64,000 nucleotides of DNA from an uncultured Alphaproteobacteria bacterium (GTDB lineage: Bacteria > Pseudomonadota > Alphaproteobacteria > Rhodobacterales > Rhodobacteraceae): assembly GCA_963721105.1 (NCBI GenBank), contig CAVRHY010000003.1, forward strand, positions 2,509-66,508, read 5' to 3'. The position numbers and the translations under genes are program-made. Below are positions 61,387 to 64,000 of this stretch, in pieces (within the stretch, counting starts at the first letter, position 1; each line of letters starts with the position of its first letter). Below the pieces are notes generated by a model, which made no database searches, was not told where the DNA came from, and saw only the letters and a program-made list of their open reading frames with translations.

Positions 61387-63646
61387 CTAGACGAGCGCGG
61401 GCGCCTGTTCGGCCAGCCTGCGAAGCCGAGCTCGGGCCGAGCTGTCGCCTTCGGCGCGGGCCTGCTCGATGGCGGCGCGCACCTCGTCGAGGTCGGCGCG
61501 GAGAAGCGCCTGCTTGACCGGCCCGATCGAGGCCGAGCGCATCGAGAGCTCGCGAAAGCCGATGGCGGCCAGCGCCAGCGCGTCGACCGGGCGGCCCGCC
61601 GCCTCGCCGCAGAAGCAGAGTCTGGTGCCCGAGCGCTCGCAGCGCTCGACGATCTGGCAGAGGAAGTCGAGGAAGGAGAGGTTCAGCGTGTCGTAGCGCC
61701 GGCGCACACGCTCGTTCTCGCGGTCGGCAGCATAGTAGAACTGCAGCAGGTCGTTGCCGCCGACCGATACGAAGTCCGCCGCCTGGAACAGCCGGTCGGG
61801 CGCGTGCACCAGCGACGGCACCTCGAACATGAATCCGACAGCCAGCGCGCCGGGCGGGGTGTGGCCGTGCGACTCGAGCCGGGCGATCTCGGTCTCGACC
61901 ATGTCGCGGGCCTCGAAGAACTCGGAGGCCTCGGCGATCATCGGGAACATGACCGAGAGCGGGCGGCCCCTCGCGCCACGGACCAGCGCCTGGATCTGCA
62001 TGCGGAACAAGAGCGGCCGGTCGAGTCCGACGCGGATCGCCCGCCAGCCGAGCGCCGGGTTCGGCTCGCGCCGGCGCGGCATGTAGGGCAGCACCTTGTC
62101 CGAGCCGATGTCGAGCGTGCGGAAGCAGACCTCGGCGCCCTCGGCGGCGTCAAGGATGCGGCTGTAGAGGTCGGCCTGGGCGCTGCGGCCCGGCATGCGC
62201 TCGCGCACCATGAACTGCAGCTCGGTGCGGTAGAGGCCGACGCCCTCGGCGCCCGAGCGGGACAGCGAGGGCAGGTCGGCCAGCACGCCGGCGTTCATCT
62301 TCAGTGAGACCGTCGTCGCGTCACGCGTCGTCGCCGGCCGGCCGACCAGCCCGCGATAGACCGCCTGCGCCTGGGCGGCGTGGGCGATCCGGCCGCGGTA
62401 GTGCTCGAGGATCGCCGAGTCGGGGCGAAGCTCGACCCGGCCCGTCTCGCCGTCGACGACGATCTCGTCTCCGGGGTTGGCGTCGCGGGTGATCTTGTCG
62501 GCCTGGACGACCATCGGGATCCCCAGCGCGCGGGCGACGATGGCGCTGTGCGAGGAGAGCGAGCCTTCCTCGAGCACCACCGCCGAGATGCGGTGCGCGT
62601 GGTCCATCAGCGCGCCGGGGCCGAGGTTGCGCGCGACCAGCACGGCGCCGTGCGGAATTTCCGCGCGGGTGTCCTCGCCCGGATTGATCAGGTGGCGCAG
62701 CAGCCGGTTGGCCACGTCGTCGAGGTCGTGCAGCCGCTCGCGCAGGTAGGGATCGGCGACGCGCTCCATGCGCGAGCGGACGTCGGACTGGACCTTCTCG
62801 ACGGCGACCTCGGCCGAGAGGCCGGAGTTCGATCGCCTCGGTCAGCCGCCGGCTCCACCCCTTGTCGTAGGCGACCATGCGGTAGGCCTCGAAGATGTCG
62901 CGCTGCTCGGCGCCGCGGGCATCGTCGGCGCGGGCGATCAGCCGGTCGGCGTCGCCGCGTAGCGCGTCCATCGCCTCGGTCAGCCGGCGGCCCTCGGTCG
63001 TCGGGTCCTCGGCGATCGGGTCGAAGACAACCATGCGCGGCTCGTGCAGGTGGACGGGGCCGATGGCGATGCCTTCGTTCGCCGCACTGCCTTGGATACG
63101 CAGCGGGCCGCGTCGGCGGCCTGGGCCGGCGGCGAGCCCCGCCGAACCGAGGAAGGCGCCGGATTCGGCCATCTCGGCGATGATCATGGCGACGATCTCG
63201 AGCGCCTCGACGTCGTCCTCCTGGAAGACCCTCGGCGCCTCGTTCTGCACGACCAGAACGCCCATGATCTCGCCAAGGCGCTGGATCGGCACGCCGACGA
63301 ATGAGCGATAGCGTTCCTCGCCCGTCTCGGGCAGGTAGCGGAAGCCCGGCGCGTTCGGCGCGTCGTCGGTGGCGAAGGGCTCGGCGCGTTCAGCGATGCG
63401 GCCGACGAGGCCCTGGCCGATGCGCAGCCGCGCAGAGTGGACGGAATCGGCGCGCAGGCCCTCGGTGGCGCAGAGCTCGAGCGTCTGCTCGTCGCGCTTG
63501 AGATAGATCGAGCAGACCTCGGCAACCATGTTCGAGGCGACCAGGCGGACGATCTTGTCCAGGCGCTGCTGCCCGTCGCCGGCGCCCGCCATCACGGAAC
63601 GCAGCGTCCTCAGGAGCGCACGTGAGCCTCCCTTGGTCGCGGGCAT
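61387..63646 (-). CDS. ptsP: PTS enzyme I-Ntr (GAF domain + PEP-utilising domain); frameshift near 62829
   Basis: NMVAEVCSIYL...ATEGL GAF domain, SHSAIVARALGIP phospho-His site, GVGLYRTE and EPNPALGWRAIR. Confidence 0.95.
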
Positions 63647-63695
63647 GTGCGCCCTCCCTCTTGCCTGGTGGCGCGCCCGGTCCGGGGCGCGGCCG

Positions 63696-64000
63696 TCACT
63701 CCGCCTCCAGCCCGAACGCCTTGTGCAGCGACTGGACGGCCAGTTCCAAGTACCGCCGGTCGATCAGCACGCTGACCTTGATCTCGGAGGTGGTGATCAC
63801 CTTGATGTTGATGCCGTCTCCGGCCAGCGCGGAAAACATCTTTTGTGCGACGCCGGCGTGACTTCTCATCCCGATACCGACGATCGAGACCTTCGAGACG
63901 TCGTCGTCGATGATGATGTCGCGATAGCCGATGGCCTCGCGCGCGCCTTCCAAGGCCTGGCGGGCCAGCGCGATCTCGTCGGTTGCCAGGCTGAAGGTCA
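63696..64000 (-). CDS. lysC: Aspartate kinase, C-terminal ACT domain (5' part outside the window)
   Basis: KVSIVGIGMRSHAGVA, INIKVITTSEIKVSVLI and LHKAFGL; lysC-ptsP synteny. Confidence 0.93.
   Translation of the reverse strand, partial: TFSLATDEIALARQALEGAREAIGYRDIIIDDDVSKVSIVGIGMRSHAGVAQKMFSALAGDGINIKVITTSEIKVSVLIDRRYLELAVQSLHKAFGLEAE

Noticed and set aside
946-63646. Frameshifts in about 16 genes (hpnM, mlaA, tolC, valS, CAAX protease, ilvD, lipoprotein, recQ, SPOR, oppC-like, acyltransferase, solA-like, livF/G/H, ptsP) as pseudogenisation or programmed frameshifting
   Set aside because: They hit essential or core genes, are isolated small indels in GC-rich runs without accompanying decay, and show no shared slippery motif. 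Long-read consensus error is the best explanation. The 42152-44035 remnants differ in having many substitutions, nonsense codons and deletions.
61387-64000. lysC-ptsP pairing as a novel link
   Set aside because: Common alphaproteobacterial synteny, as is dgt-argS-SPOR-nagZ-scpAB.

Overview
High-GC (about 70%) alphaproteobacterial chromosome, most likely Rhodobacteraceae/Paracoccaceae-like. The evidence is a rhodobacteral-type PopZ-like gene after tolC, a dddL homologue and the lysC-ptsP order. The assembly has many single-base indels: about 16 genes, including valS and ilvD, are split across frames, which I treat as long-read errors. Left to right the window holds: the end of a hopanoid cluster (hpnH, hpnM, hpnN, divergent mlaA/vacJ) abutting the 3' end of tRNA-Cys; pcm-tolC-popZ-like-osmC-valS; a CAAX protease; ilvD plus a coupled lipoprotein; xth-recQ-ctaG-terC-erpA; dgt-argS-SPOR-nagZ-scpAB; small stress genes with EcfG-type promoters; a family-5 ABC importer; a translationally coupled run of SAM methyltransferase, DUF3445 demethylase-like protein, thiolase, DMSP lyase DddL, rhodanese, acyl-CoA dehydrogenase and a sarcosine-oxidase-like flavoprotein; a convergent acyl-CoA ligase with Liv-type ABC cluster; HAD, ibpA, a serine protease, glcDEF, ptsP and lysC. 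The most striking features are two. First, dddL sits in an acyl-CoA/methylated-compound operon with no acuI/acuR in the window. Second, that operon contains a decayed ~1.6 kb tandem duplication whose redundant dddL copy was largely replaced by a lower-GC OafA-type acyltransferase; microhomologies are still readable at the junctions. Also notable are an atypical ~200 bp segment inside valS and an AT-rich orphan ORF between glcD and glcE. No CRISPR array, rRNA, IS element or integrase was seen.
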